A stretch of DNA of 64,000 nucleotides from Squalus acanthias (lineage: Eukaryota): NCBI GenBank assembly GCA_030390025.1, contig CM059434.1:33790001-33854000 (forward strand). Reading direction: 5' to 3'. A model generated the notes under the pieces. That model was not told the origin of the DNA and did not search any database. It worked only from the letters and a program-made list of their open reading frames with translations. Made by a program: the position numbers and the translations under genes. Below, one piece after another: positions 13,285 through 26,987 of the stretch (position 1 is its first letter; the number at the start of each line of letters is the position of its first letter).

Positions 13285-15910
13285 TCATTGAGTTATATTC
13301 AGTCTACTGCACAGAAACAGCTGGTCTGTGACAGCATTCATGCGCCACGTGAGCCTCCTCCGACCCCTCTTCATCTAACCCTATCAGCATATCCTTCTAT
13401 TCCTTTCTCCTTCATGTGCTTGTCTAGCTTCCCCTTAAATGTATCTGTTATTTGTCTGAACTATTTCTTGTGGTAACGTGTTCCACATTCTTACCACTCT
13501 TTGGGTAAAGAAGTTTCTCCTGAATTCCCTAATGGATTTATTAGTGACTATCTAGTTTTGGTCTCCCCCACAAGTGGAAACATTTTCTCCATGCCTATCC
13601 TATCAAACCCTTTCATTATCTTAAAGACCTCTATCAGGTCACCCCTCAGCCTTCTCCTTTCTAGAGAAAAGAGCCCCAGCCTGTTCAATTTTTCCTGATA
13701 CTTATAACCTCTCAGTTCTGGTATCATCCTTGTGTTTGTTTTTTTTATGGCCTTATTATACTGTATCGCTACTTTTAGTGATTTGTATATCGGTACCCCT
13801 AGATCCTCTTGTTCCTCTACCCCATTTAGACTCTTATTATCCAAGCAGAATGTGGCCTTCTTATTCTTCCTCCCAAAATGCATCACCTCATACTTATCTA
13901 TATTGAAATTAATTTGCCAATTAAACGTCCATTCTGCAAGGTTATTAATGTCTTCTCGTATTTTGTCACATCTTCCTTTGTAATAACTACATCCCCAATT
14001 TGGTGTCATCCGCAAATTTAGAAATTGTACTTCCGATTCCAGAGTCCAAATCGTTAATGTAAATTATGAGCAACAGTGGTCCCAGCAATCCCTGTGGAAC
14101 ACCACTTCACACCTTTTGTCAGTCTAAGTAGCTACCCTTAACCCCTACTCTCTGTTTTCTGTTTTGTAGCCAGCTTGCTATTCATTCTGCTACCTGTCCC
14201 CTAACTCCACATGCTCTGACTTTAATCATGAGTCTACTATGCGGTACTTTATTGAAGGCCTTTTGAAAAATCTAACTATATTACATCTACTACATTACCC
14301 TTGTCTGCCCTTTCTGTTACTTCTTCAAAGAATTCAATAAGGTTGGTCAACCATGACCTTCCCTTTTGAAATCCGTGCTGACTTCTGTTTATTATACTTT
14401 CAGTTTCTAGATGTTTTTTATTACATCTTTGAGTATCATAAGAATCATAGAAACTTACAGCACAGAATGAGGCCATTCAGCTCATTGTGCCTGTGCTGGC
14501 TCTTTGAAAGAGCAGTCGTGCTTAGTCCCACACCCCCACCTTTTGTCTATAAACCTGTAAGTTCCTCATTCTCGGGTACTTGTCCAACTCCCTTTTAAAA
14601 TTATTTATGGAATCAGCTTCCACCACCTTTTCACGTAGAGTATTCCAGATCCCGACAACTCAGTGGAAAAAATTACTCATCTTCTGTCTAGATCTTTTGC
14701 CAATGATTTAAAATCTATGACCTCTGGTTATTGACCGACTCGCCAGAGGGAATAGCTTTTCTCTATCTACTCTATCAAAACCTCTCATCGTCTTGTAAAC
14801 CTCTATTAGGTCACCTGTTAACCATCTCTGTTCCAAGGAATACAGTCCTAACATTTCCAACCTCTCCTCATAACTGAAGTCCCTCATCCCTGGTAACATC
14901 CTAGTAAACCTCCTCTGTACCCTTTCTAAGGCCTTTACATCTTTTCTGAAGTGTGGTGCCCAGAATTGTCCATAATGCCCAATGGAGGCCTAACCAGTGA
15001 TTTATAAAGTGCTAGCATGATCTCTGCTTTTATATTCTATGCCTCTATTTATAAACCCAAGTCATCCTCATGGTTTTTTAACCATCTTATCAACTTGTCT
15101 TGCCACCTTTAAGGATTTGTGTATATGGACACCAAGGTCTCTCTGCTCATATACACGTCTCAAAATTGTGCCATTCATAGTATACTGGCTTTCCATAGTA
15201 GTTCTCCAAAAGTACATCACTTCACACTTCTCTGCATTGAACTTTATCTGCCATGCTTCTGCCCATTTCACTATCCTGTCTGTGTCGTCCTGAAGTCTAC
15301 AACTATCCTCATCACTATCTACTACATTGCCAAGTTTCGTATCATCAGCAAACTTTATAATGCTGCTCCCTACACCCGAATCTAGGTCATTTATAAAAAT
15401 TAAGAGTAATTGAACCAAAACTGACCCTTAGAGAACACCACTGCAAACCACCATCCAGTCTGAAAAACATCCATCCACCACCACCCTCTGCTTCCTATCA
15501 CTGAGCCAATTCCGTATCCATACCGTCACTTTCCCCTTAATTCCACAGGGTTCCATCTTCTAAACAAGCCTCCTGCATGGCACTTTGTCGAGTAAAAATG
15601 CCATTATCTTTCCTACCGCCAACTTTAAGCTAGCTGGTCTAGGGTTCCCTTTTTAAATATAAGAATAACATTAGCTGTCCGCCAGTCCTCTGACACTATT
15701 CCCTTTTCTAAAGAATTGTTATGTATGTAACAGTGCCTCTGCTATCTCTTCCCTAACTTCTTTTAATATGCACGGATGCAATTTTATCCTCTCTAGGTTT
15801 GATTAGTTTATCAATTATCTCCCCCTTTTCTATCTTAATTGTCTTTATATCTTTTTTTATCTCTTTTTCTAATGTCATGCCCACCTTGTTAGTCTCCCTG
15901 GTAAATACTA
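13285..15910 (-). mobile_element. CR1 LINE fragment interrupted by a second CR1 (14436-15589, TSD GAGTA)
   Basis: RT motifs FADDTK, QHGF.KGRS.LTNLIEFFE and RRLRGDLIE. GAGTA at 14431-14435 and 15590-15594 flanks the inner copy. Confidence 0.8.
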
Positions 15911-16739
15911 AAGTATCTTTATTTTTGTGTCTTGTTTTACCATAAAACCTTTAAAGTTTACAGTGTAGAAGGCGGCCATTTGGTTCAATTTCTGTGTCAA
16001 TTCTTTACTAGTTGGGTCGCAATTAGCTGGTGCATGCCCCGTTAAGTTAGATTTTATCCTGCACCTTTCAGCTCAAAAATGTTTTGCCTTGTAAGTTGCT
16101 GGATAACAGCGCGGTGAGGGCAAAGGGGCATCTGGAATCTTGATGAATGACGGGACGTGTATCTCCTTAGCCAATGAGATTTAAGGATTGAGAAATAAAC
16201 AGAGGAAGGACCGACAAGGAGGATGAATTAGACTGGGTGAATTCAAATCAGAATCAAGCACAGAAAGAGAAATAAAGAAAGATTGCATCAAATGAGAGAG
16301 AGAAAAAGAGACTGAAAGGAAAAGTAAGAAAAGAAAATTAAAAATCTGACATTTTTAAAATCTCCAACAACAATTCTCTTGTTGAAGGAATGAGACTCCA
16401 CACTTTTGTTCACTTTCTGGGCCAGAGAGGTTGATTGGCAGTCATTAACAATTATCGTGTCGTTAAAAGGGTATCAATTACGAGACTTAACTTTCTGTGG
16501 TGAGTTTAATGGGCAATTAATGTGCAAATGCAGCAACTTCATGAAACTCACAGGGAGGTTAAGGGCGAGATGCCATTCTCACGAAGCTAACGGTGGAGTG
16601 ATGCAAATTGTCCAACAATTTGTGGCGATTCGCAATTCATGGGGTATCTCTTCCTTGTCACAAGTGCTGGCCAATTTGCACATTAATAACAGCATGCGTC
16701 GTTCACACACCGTTATTTTTTCAGCAAATTCTGGCCTGA

Positions 16740-17870
16740 TGAATCCAAAACAAACTGACCGACTCTCCTCCTATAGCCTTGTATCTTTTTCTGCTTGAAA
16801 TGTTTAGCTACCCATCTTCTAAAAAATGCAATGGACTCTGCCTCAGCCACTCCCTGTAACGTAATATTCCAAGCTCCAACAACCCTCTGGGTAAAGTACT
16901 TTCTTCTAGTCTCTCTCCTTATTCTCAGTGACAATTTTAAATTGATGGTCCCTCATCACTGACTCCCCACCAGAGGAAATAGTCGTTCCTCATACACCCT
17001 ATCAAAATCCTCCAAAGTTAAAAAACTCAATTAAATCTGAGCTTAGCCTTCTCCATTCCAATGGAAATAGTAGCAGTACCTCAAATCTTTTCTCATAATT
17101 ATAGTTTTGCATTCCTGGTATCATCCTGGTGAGCCTATGTTGTGCACTTTTTATGACTTTTATGTCCTTTCTGTAATAGGCTGTCCAGTGCTGCACACAA
17201 TACTCCAACCCCAACCATTGCCTTGTACAAGTTTATCATCACTTCTTTGCTCTTGTACTCTATGACCCAAAATGCCTTTGTGGCTTTATCCAGTCACACT
17301 TGCAAGGAAATATGTATTTACACCCCTATAGTCTCTCTGCTCCTCCGCTCCCTTCAGCATCTTTCTATTGTGTTTATACTCGCATTCCTTGTTTTTTCTT
17401 TCAAAATAAATTACCTCACATTTCTCCATATCAAATTGCATCTGCCACCTCTCTGTCTTCCTAAAGTCTTTTACAATCTTCCATGCTGTTTGCCAAATTC
17501 CCTACTTTTGTGTCATCAGCGAATTTCAATATCATGCTCCATATGCCCAGGTTCAAGTCGTATATATACACAAGAGAGCCCAGCCTTGACCACTGAGGTA
17601 TACCACTTCCAGCCCTTCTCCAATCCGAACAACTATTAATGCTAACCCTTTCTTTCCTGTCTGTCTGTCAGCCAACTTAATATTCATTCTGCTACATTTT
17701 CTTATACCATACACCAGAATTTTTGTGACAAATTTTTTTTAGACACCTTATTGAATGAATGCCTTCTGAAAACCCATATATACTGCATTTCCTGCATTCC
17801 CCTTTATCTATACAATCAGTTCTTTCTTCACAAATCCTATTAAGTTTGTTAAACACGACTTGCTTTTAAC
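16740..17870 (-). mobile_element. Degraded CR1 LINE fragment
   Basis: Remnants LEYCVQHW..RRL.SDLIE and FTQRVV. Confidence 0.7.
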
Positions 17871-20094
17871 AAGGAATTAAGATGCCTTAGAAGCCAACAT
17901 TGTAAAATGAAGTCTCATATTAGTACACTTACCCAAGCAACGTTGCATAGCCCAGCAAATTTCTTCCTCACCTTCCATTTTTACCTGCAGTTGCAGGACA
18001 GCTTTAAAGTGGCCACCAGCCCCTTAGGAGCTGCTGTCATAGATTATCTGTCCCTTACCCTGTGGTGATCCCATTGAACACTAAGAGGACCGAATATTTC
18101 TTGTAATGAGCTGACCTCACATTACAACTTGCACCTGAACAGCAATGATCCTAGCATTGCTGCATCAGGACTCCATTTTCTGTCCCATAGTGAGAATGAT
18201 ATCCAAATACCTAATAAAAACATAAAGACAAGCTATAAACATACTAATCTAAATCTCCGGAGAAGAGTTTAATTGTGATGAATTAAACAGGGCACAGAGC
18301 CTCTTTTCTTTCTGTGGTTTGAACTGATGAAATGTAGGCATCTGTCAACTCCCTTTCTTGGAAGAGCTCTTCATACAGTAACAACCACAAAAAATGTAAC
18401 GTTTGGCAAAGTACAATATAAAGAATGTGAAACGGTCAGGGAGAGACAGTATACGTCCTTTATAGCCGTAACATTACAGAATAATGAGAATTCTATTCCT
18501 CAAACTAATTTTTGAAAGTGATCAGTTCACTAAATACTGTACATTTTAAAAACATGAGATTCAAAATTGTGTATTTCTTTGTATTTTTAGGTAAGTTTGT
18601 GATAATTCACAGAAGCGAGCTCACTATGGTGCCAAGTCAAACATTTGCAGTACAACAGCATGGAGCTCTGAACATACTTTGAACAAAGCCAGACTGGATT
18701 AGAAACAACACTCAGTAAATACTGGATTACAGCCATCAGATCATCCCAATTTTGCTTTGGACAAGAATTAAAGCATGCTCATCCTTATAAGTGAATTAGA
18801 GAGACAACTTTCTTTGAAAAAATGTAACCATCATCTGTTCTGAATTACTGTAAGACACCTTCAGGAAAGGAAAACAGGTAAGCGATTTAAAGTATCTTTA
18901 CCTTTGTTTCTTATTTTACCTTTGAACCATAGGGTGAGACCGTTTGGACCATTGTGTCTGTGCCAGCTCTTTGCTGGAGCAAGCCACTGCCCTTCTCTCT
19001 CTCCACAGTTCTGTATCTTCCTCTGCTTCAAACATTTATCAACTCTTCCCTTAAAGCATACAATGGCCTATGTCACAACTACTCCCTGTGGCAAAGCATT
19101 CCATGTTCCAACAACCTTCTGCATAAAACAATTTCTTCTAACCTCTCTCCTCACTCTGTTAACAAGTTTTAAATTGATGACTCCTCATCACTGACTCCCC
19201 AACCAGAGGAAATAGGGGCCAACTTTCCTCTATGAGAGTGCACTGGTCACCGAGCAGACTCAACGCATCTGTAATTACAAACAAGGATGCGATTTTCCTG
19301 CCCTAGGCGCAAGCCCAACCCATGATTGAACCCTATGCCTGAAAACTGAGCACTAAACAGGAGTGAAGACCTGAGAGGCCTTTGGTGGCGAGGGCTTGAA
19401 GGAAATTTCTTATCTGCCTGTAACATCTAAGGACTGTTCCTGAGAACCCCATGAACCTCACAAACCTTCTGGTCCAGGGGAGTCTTGAAGCAGGCCTTGT
19501 GCCAGGCTTCTTCAGACACCTCGCCACTGGTGTGGCCAATGATCATAGGGAGGGGATAGAGACCTGACAATGTTTTCTGCCCCCTTTTTCCTCCTCACTG
19601 CGTCTGGGGAATGACAAATTCCTAGGTGCAGTAAACAGGAAGTACCACCTCATAATCTTTCCCTTTTCACTTTATCAAAGTCTTTCATAATTTTTAAAAT
19701 TTCTATTAAATCTCAGAATAATTCTTTTCATGCAAATAGTAATATGAGAATTGTTGTACAGTAGAGGAATAATTCTGTAATTGAAATATTCTATTATAAT
19801 ATTCTATACAGCAAATGTAACTGTTAGTGGTGGGTGATGGACTCATCACAGAGTTACAAAAATCCCTGGACACTGGAAAATTACATGTTGCAGAATAGTG
19901 ATTCTAATTTTAACTGTAAAAAAAGAGCAAGATCTCATATTAAAAATGGTTTACAAGGTTCAATGTGCAACTTTCATGCTTTAGCCTTTCACTTAACGCC
20001 TGATGGTACCTGCACCAATTAAAAATGGGTGCTTCTATTGATCCACAGTGCCATCCTGATGCCCAAATGGTAACTCCCATAAGCGATCAGAGCC

Positions 20095-21320
20095 TACAGA
20101 ATCATAGAATGGTTACAGCACAGGAGGCCGCCATTCGGCCCGTCGAGCCTATGCCAGCTCGCTGCAAGAGCACTTCAGCTAGTCCCACTCTCCTGCCCTT
20201 TCCCCGTAGCCCTGCAAATTTTTTTCCTTCAGGTACTTATTGAGTCTGATTGAGTCTGCCTCCATCACCCTTGCAGGCAGTGCATTCCAGATCCTAACCA
20301 CTCGCTGCGTAAAAAAGTTTATCCTCATGTCGCCTTTGGTTCTTTTGCCAATCACCTTAAATCTGTGTCCTCTGGTTCGCGACCCCTCCACCAATGGAAA
20401 CAGTTTCTCTCTATCTACTCTGTCTAGACCCCTCATGATTTTGAACACCTCCATCAAATCTCCTCGCAACCTTTTCTGCTACCCCAGATTCTCTAGTTTA
20501 TCCACATAACTGAAGTCCCTCATCCCTGGAATAATTCTCGTAAATCTTTTCTGCACCCTCTCTAAGGCCTTCACATCCTTCCAAAAGTGCAGTGCCCAGA
20601 ATTCGACACAATACTCCAGTTGAGGCCAAACCAGTGTTTTATAAAGGTTCATCATAACTTCCTTGCTTTTGTACTCTATGCCTCTATTTACAAAGCCCAG
20701 GATCCCGTATATTTTTTTAACCGCTTTCTCAACCTGCCCTGCCACCTTCAACTATTTGTGCACATATAACCCCCAGGTCTCTCTGTTCATGCACCCCCTT
20801 TAGGATTGTATGCTTTAGTTTATATCGCCCCTCCTCGTTCTTCCTACTAAAATGAATCACTTCGCACTTTTCTGCGTTAAATTTCATCTGCCCTGTGTCC
20901 GCCCATTTCACCAGCCTGCCTATGTCTTCTTGAAGTCTATCACTCTCCTCCTCACTGTTCACTATACTTCCAAGTTTTGTGTCATCTGCAAATTTTGAAA
21001 TTGTGCCCTGTACACCCAAGTCCAAGTCATTAATATATATCAAGAAAAGCAGTGGTCCAATAACCGACCCCTAGGGAACTCCACTGTGTACCTTCCTCCA
21101 GTCCGAAAAACAACCGTTCACCACTACTCTCTGTTTCCTGTCACTTAACCAATTTCGTATCCATGCTGCCACTTTTATTCCATGGGCTTCAACTTTGCTG
21201 GCAAGCCTATTATGTGGCACTTTATCAAACGCCATTTGGAAGTCCATGTACACCACGTCAACCGCATTGCCCTCATCAATACTCTCTGTTACCTCATCAA
21301 AAAACTCGATCAAGTACATT
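20095..21320 (-). mobile_element. CR1 LINE 3' fragment
   Basis: Frameshifted RT ORFs ([33 protein letters not shown]) and a CR1 3' UTR. Confidence 0.9.
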
Positions 21321-21344
21321 CTACATTCAGAAGTGTGCTCATCC

Positions 21345-24300
21345 TAAGAACATAAGAACATAAGAAATAGGAGCAGGAGTAGACCAATCGGCCCCTCGAG
21401 CCTGCTCCGCCATTCAATGAGATCATGGCTGATCTGATCCAACCTCAACTCTAAAGAACACAAGAAGCAGGAGCAGGACCAGGCCACTCGGCCCCTGGGC
21501 CCGCTCCGCCACCCACAGGGCCTTGACCGATCCGAAGTCAAACTCATGTCCAATTTCCAGCCCGCTCCCCGTAACCCCTGATTCCCTTTACTTCTAGGAA
21601 ACGGTCTATTTCTGTTTTAAATTTATTTAATGAAGTAGCTTCCACAGCTTCCTGGGGTAGCAAATTCCACAGACCCACTACCCTCTGAGTGAAAAAGTTT
21701 CTCCTCATCTCAGTTTTGAAAGAGCAGCCCCTTATTCGAAGATTATGTCCCCTAGTTCTAGTTTCACCCATCATTGGGAACATCCTCACCGCGTCCACCC
21801 GATCAAGCCCCTTCACAATCTTCTATGTTTCAATAAGATCGCCTCTCATTCTTCTGAACTCCAATGAGTAGAGTCCCAATCTACTCAACCTCTCCTTGTA
21901 TGTCCACCCCCTCATCCCCGGAATTAACCGAGTGAACCTTCTTTGTACTGCCTCGAGAGCAAGTATGTCTTTTCTTAAGTATGGACACCAAAACTGTATG
22001 CAGTACTCCAGGTGCGGTCTCACCAATACCCTATACAACTGCAGCAATACCTCCCTGTTTTTATATTCTATCCCCCTAGCAATAAAAGCCAAAATTCTAT
22101 TGGCTTTCTTGATCACCTGCTGCACCTGCATACTAACTTTTTGATTTTCTTGCACCAAGACCCCCAGATCCCTTTGTACTGCAGTACTTTCCAGTTTCTT
22201 GCCATTAAGATAATAACTTGCTCTCTGATTTTTCCTGCCAAAGTGCATAACCTCACATTTTCCAATATTGTATTGCATCTGCCAAATCTCTGCCCACTCA
22301 CCCAGCCTGTCTATATCCCCTTGTAGGTTTTTTATGTCCTCCTCACTCTCTACTTTCCCTCCCATCTTTGTATCATCTGCAAACTTTGATATGTTACACT
22401 CGGTCCCCTCCTCCAAATCGTTAATATAGATTGTAAAGAGTTGGGGACCCAGCACCGACCCCTGCGGAACACCACTGGCTACTGGTTGCCAGTCCGAGAA
22501 TGAACCATTTATCCCAACTCTCTGCTTCCTGTTAGATAACCAATCCTCCACCCATGCCAGAATATTACCCCCAATACAGTGATTTTTTATCTTGAGTAGT
22601 AATCTTTTATGTGGCACCTTGTCGAATGCCTTCTGGAAGTCTAAATACACTACATCCACTGGTTCCCCTTTATCCACCCTGTACGTTATGTCCTCAAAGA
22701 ACTCGAGCAAATTTGTCAGACATGACTTCCCCTTCATAAAGCCATGCTGACTTTGTCCTATTAAATTATGTTTATCTAAATGTTCCGTTACTGTCTCCTT
22801 AATAATAGACTCCAAAATTTTACCCACCACAGATGTTAGGCTAACTGGTCTATAATTTCCAGCCTTCTGCCTACAACCCTTTTTAAATAAGGGTGTTACA
22901 TTAGCAGTTTTCCAATCTGCCGGGACCTTTGCTGAGTTCAGGGAGTTTTGGAAAATTATTACCAAAGCATCCACAATTCCTACTGCCACTTCCCTCAAGA
23001 CCCTAGGATGTAAGCCATCAGGTCCAGGGGATTTATCCGCCTTGAGTCCCATTATTTTACTGAGTACCAATTCCTTAGTAATTTTAATCGTATTTAGCTC
23101 CTCCCCCACTAGAGCCCCCTGTTTGTCCAGTGTTGGGATATTCTTAGTGTCCTCTACCGTAAGGAAGTGGCGGTAGGGATTGTAGATGCATTGGTAATAA
23201 TTTTTCAAAACTCCCTGGATTCCGCTAAGGTCCCGGCAGACTGGAAAACTGCTAATGTAACACCCTTATTTAAAAAGGGCAGTAGACAGAAGGCTGGTAA
23301 CTATAGACCGGTTAGCCTAACATCTGTGGTAGGTAAAATTTTGGAGTCCATTATTAAGGAAACAGTAACAGGACATTTGGATAATCATAATTTAATAGGA
23401 CAAAGTCAGCATGGTTTTACGAAGGGGAAGTCATGTTTGACAAATTTGCTGGAGTTCTTTGAGGAAGCAACATATAGAGTGGATAAAGGGGAACCAGTGG
23501 ACGTAGTGTATTTAGACTTCCAAAAGGCATTTGACAAGGTGCCACACAAAAGATTATTGCTTAAGGTAAAAAATCACGGGATTGGGGGTAATATTCTGGC
23601 ATGGATAGAGGATTGGCTATCTAACAGAAAGCAAAGAGTTGGGATAAATGGTTCATTCTCAGACTGGCAATCAGTAACTAGTGGTGTTCCACAGGGGTCA
23701 GTGCTGGGTCCCCAACTCTTTACAATCTATATTAACGATTTGGAGGAGGGGACCGAGTGTAACATATCAAAGTTTGCAGATGATACAAAGATGGGAGGGA
23801 AAGTAGAGAGTGAGGAGGACATAAAAAACCTACAAGGGGATATAGACAGGCTGGGTGAGTGGGCAGAGATTTGGCAGATGCAATACAATATTGGAAAATG
23901 TGAGGTTATGCACTTTGGCAGGAAAAATCAGAGAGCAAGTTATTATCTTAATGGCAAGAAACTGGAAAGTACTGCAGTACAAAGGGATCTGGGGGTCTTG
24001 GTGCAAGAAAATCAAAAAGTTAGTATGCAGGTGCAGCAGGTGATCAAGAAAGCCAATAGAATTTTGGCTTTTATTGCTAGGGGGATAGAATATAAAAACA
24101 GGGAGGTATTGCTGCAGTTGTATAGGGTATTGGTGAGACCGCACCTGGAGTACTGCATACAGTTTTGGTGTCCATACTTAAGAAAAGACATACTTGCTCT
24201 CGAGGCAGTACAAAGAAGGTTCACTCGGTTAATTCCGGGGATGAGGGGGTGGACATACAAGGAGAGGTTGAGTAGATTGGGACTCTACTCATTGGAGTTC

Positions 24301-25010
24301 AGAAGAATGAGAGGCGATCTTATTGAAACATATAAGATTGTGAAGGGGTTGGATCGGGTGGATGCGGGGAGGATGTTCCCAATGACGGGTGAGACGAGAA
24401 CTAGGGGACATAGTCTTAGAATAAGGGGCTGCTCTTTCAAAACTGAGATGAGGAGGAACTACTTCACTCAGAGGGTGGTAGGTCCATGGAATATGCTGCC
24501 ACAAAAAGCTGTAGAAGCTACAACATTAATTAAATTTAAAACAGAAATAGACAGTTTCCTAGAAGTAAAGGGCATTAAGGGTTACGGGGAGCGGGCAGGA
24601 ATTTGGACATGAGTCTAGGTTCGGATCGGTCATGGCCCTGTGGGTAGTGGAGCGGGCCCAGGGACTGTGTAGCCTGATTCTGCTCCTATTTTGTGTGTGC
24701 AATTCTGTTAGATGCAGGAGATGGTTCTGTGATAGATAGTAGATTGGCGGTTAGGATCAGATCAGCCATGATCTTATTGAATGGCGGAGCAGGCTCGAGG
24801 GGCCGATTGGCCTACTCCTGCTCCTATTTCTTATGTTCTTATGTTCTTATGTAAAGACTGAAACAAGATATTTGTTCAGCATTTTTGCCATCTCCATGTT
24901 TCCCACCATTAATTTCCCGGTCTCATCCTCTAAGGGACCTACGTTTGCCTTAACCACCCTTTTTCTTTTTATATAACTATAGAAACTCTTGCTATCTGTT
25001 TTTATATTTC
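21345..25010 (-). mobile_element. Young CR1 LINE copy A (5'-truncated), interrupted at about 23163 by copy B
   Basis: 461-aa RT ORF 21823-23208 and an (AAGAACAT)n tail at about 21345-21366. The sequence resumes after copy B at about 24851 (GTAA at both junctions). Confidence 0.9.
23164..24850 (+). mobile_element. Young CR1 LINE copy B (5'-truncated) with open RT ORF 23167-24612
   Basis: 481-aa uninterrupted CR1 ORF2 C-terminal part (GVPQGSVLGP, FADDTK) and a (TTCTTATG)n tail at about 24828-24852. Confidence 0.92.
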
Positions 25011-26696
25011 ATATCCTGACTAATATATCATCATAACCTGGGGGTGAAAAAAAGGGACTGCCATAAGATAAGAACTAGATATTGTGTCTTTCGCATGTGC
25101 CCTCATGTATGCTTCTCCAATTTTTTCAAAGGTAGACTAAAATAATTTGGAATATGAATCATTAAGCTGCTTTATTTTACAAATAGCAAGTGAACATACA
25201 GAGCGACAAATATAATCAAATCTCACATTGATACAACTAACGACAGAACCCACCTCATGAACAAGGAATAATAATTAAAAAATGCCACAATCTCCATAGT
25301 AATTGACTTGCTTAATTGTCTTGGTTAGCCCTTTGATCCTGACCAGCTCTGGACTTGAGATGAGCAAGTTTCCCCTCAATAGGCCATGCTTCCTCCTCAG
25401 GCTGAGATAGCTGATTGACTGCCCACAAGTCTCTTTGTCCTTTTCCATAGACAGAATCAGATAGTTTCCCAGAGAAATGAAGACGTCCCTTGACAGAATT
25501 TGGGTTTTGTCTTTTCCTCAAAAAAACAAAGGAACTCTTAATAATACAGCTATTAGAAATCCATTTTAAATTCACAATAAATTGGCTTATCCATACTTCA
25601 AAGATATCATACTGCCATCTTACACTTTGAGGGACACCCTTGAACACTTGTTACATTAAACAGTGGCTAAAGATATTGTCAGTCACTTTTGAAATATTAA
25701 AATAAGTTTAAGTGGGTCTATATACCCTCATTGGGGTTTTATAGACATTTGCACCAGAGTGTCTATGGACACCACTGTGTCAGCCAATGAGTTGGAGGCA
25801 AGGCAAGGCTTATGGCAGGACTTACAGCAAACATAAGAACATAAGAATTAGGAGCAGGAGTAGGCCATACGGCCCCTCGAGCCTGCTCTGCCATTGAATA
25901 AGATCATGGCTGATCTTTGACTCCACTTTCCCGCCAGATCCCCATGTCCCTGATTCCCCGAGAGTCCAAAAATCTATCTATCTCAGCCTTGAATATACTC
26001 AACGACACAGCATCCACAGCCCTTTAGGGTGGAGAATTCCAAAGATTCACAACCCTCTGAGTGAAGAAATTCCTCCTCATCTCAAACAAAGTCTACTTAC
26101 TCAGCAACAGTAAATCAAACAAAGTCTGTTTACAGAGTCTATTTAAAAAGAGTCTCTACGAACCACAGCAAACAGAACTCATGACTGAAACTGCAGCAAC
26201 TTCTCCGGATAAAAGCAAGGTGATTTCGCCAGCAAAATGCAGTGAGTGGAGGATAGTTAGATAGTACAAATTGATTATTTCACCAGAAAAATGCAGTGAG
26301 TGGAGAGTAGTTACAGACTACAAATTATGTGCGTAAAATCAATCCCAGTCATTTACAGCAGTGTGGTCTCCAGGCCTGATCGACGGGGGAATTACACATT
26401 CATCTCCATTCTGGCCAGGAATAGCGGTGCCATTATACGCAACCTATTTGCACTCAACTAGCCAATTTGCACATATTGACTGGTTAAGCACTAACAAATT
26501 TGTCTAACAAAGCATAGTGACTATTTCTGTGCAAAACAAGCCAAGAATGTTGCCATCAGAAGCCCCAAATTATGTCGTCATTCTATGAATATCCACAACG
26601 CATAAACAAGAGCACAATGTTTTTGAGAACTAATCCCGAGCCTCATCTATTATCTAGTTTACCACTATGTTAACTTGTCAACTTAACATCTGTTAA

Positions 26697-26987
26697 TAAA
26701 AACAGAAAATGCTGGAAATACTCAGCAGGTCAGGCAGCATCTGTGGAGAGAGAAACAGAGTTAACGTTTCAGGTCGATGACCTTTCGTCAGAACTTCGCC
26801 AAAAAAAATGCCACAATCTCCATAGTAATGGACTTGCTTAATTGTCTTGGTCAGTTCTGATGAAGAGTCATCGACCTGGAACGTTAACTCTGTTTCTCTC
26901 TCTACAGATGCTGCCTGACCTGCTGAGTATTTTCAGCATTTTCTGTTTTTATTTCAGATTTCCAGCATCCGTAGTATTTTGCTTTTG
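26697..26987. mobile_element. Penelope-derived fold-back element with hammerhead motifs and a captured local fragment
   Basis: Inverted arms at about 26697-26794 and 26854-26952. 13-bp TSD TAACATCTGTTAA (26684-26696, 26988-27000). Minus-strand core CTGACGA-aAGGTC-atc-GACCT-GAAA-cgtt. Confidence 0.8.

Noticed and set aside
23167-24612. Host protein-coding gene of 481 aa, or a twin-priming 5' inversion of one LINE
   Set aside because: It is CR1 ORF2. Both arms have their own 3' tails and copy A resumes after copy B, so these are two insertions.
25312-25647. Possible additional IFTAP coding exon (111-aa ORF, -)
   Set aside because: It lies upstream of the IFTAP start-codon exon, shows no recognisable similarity to IFTAP and lacks convincing paired splice sites.
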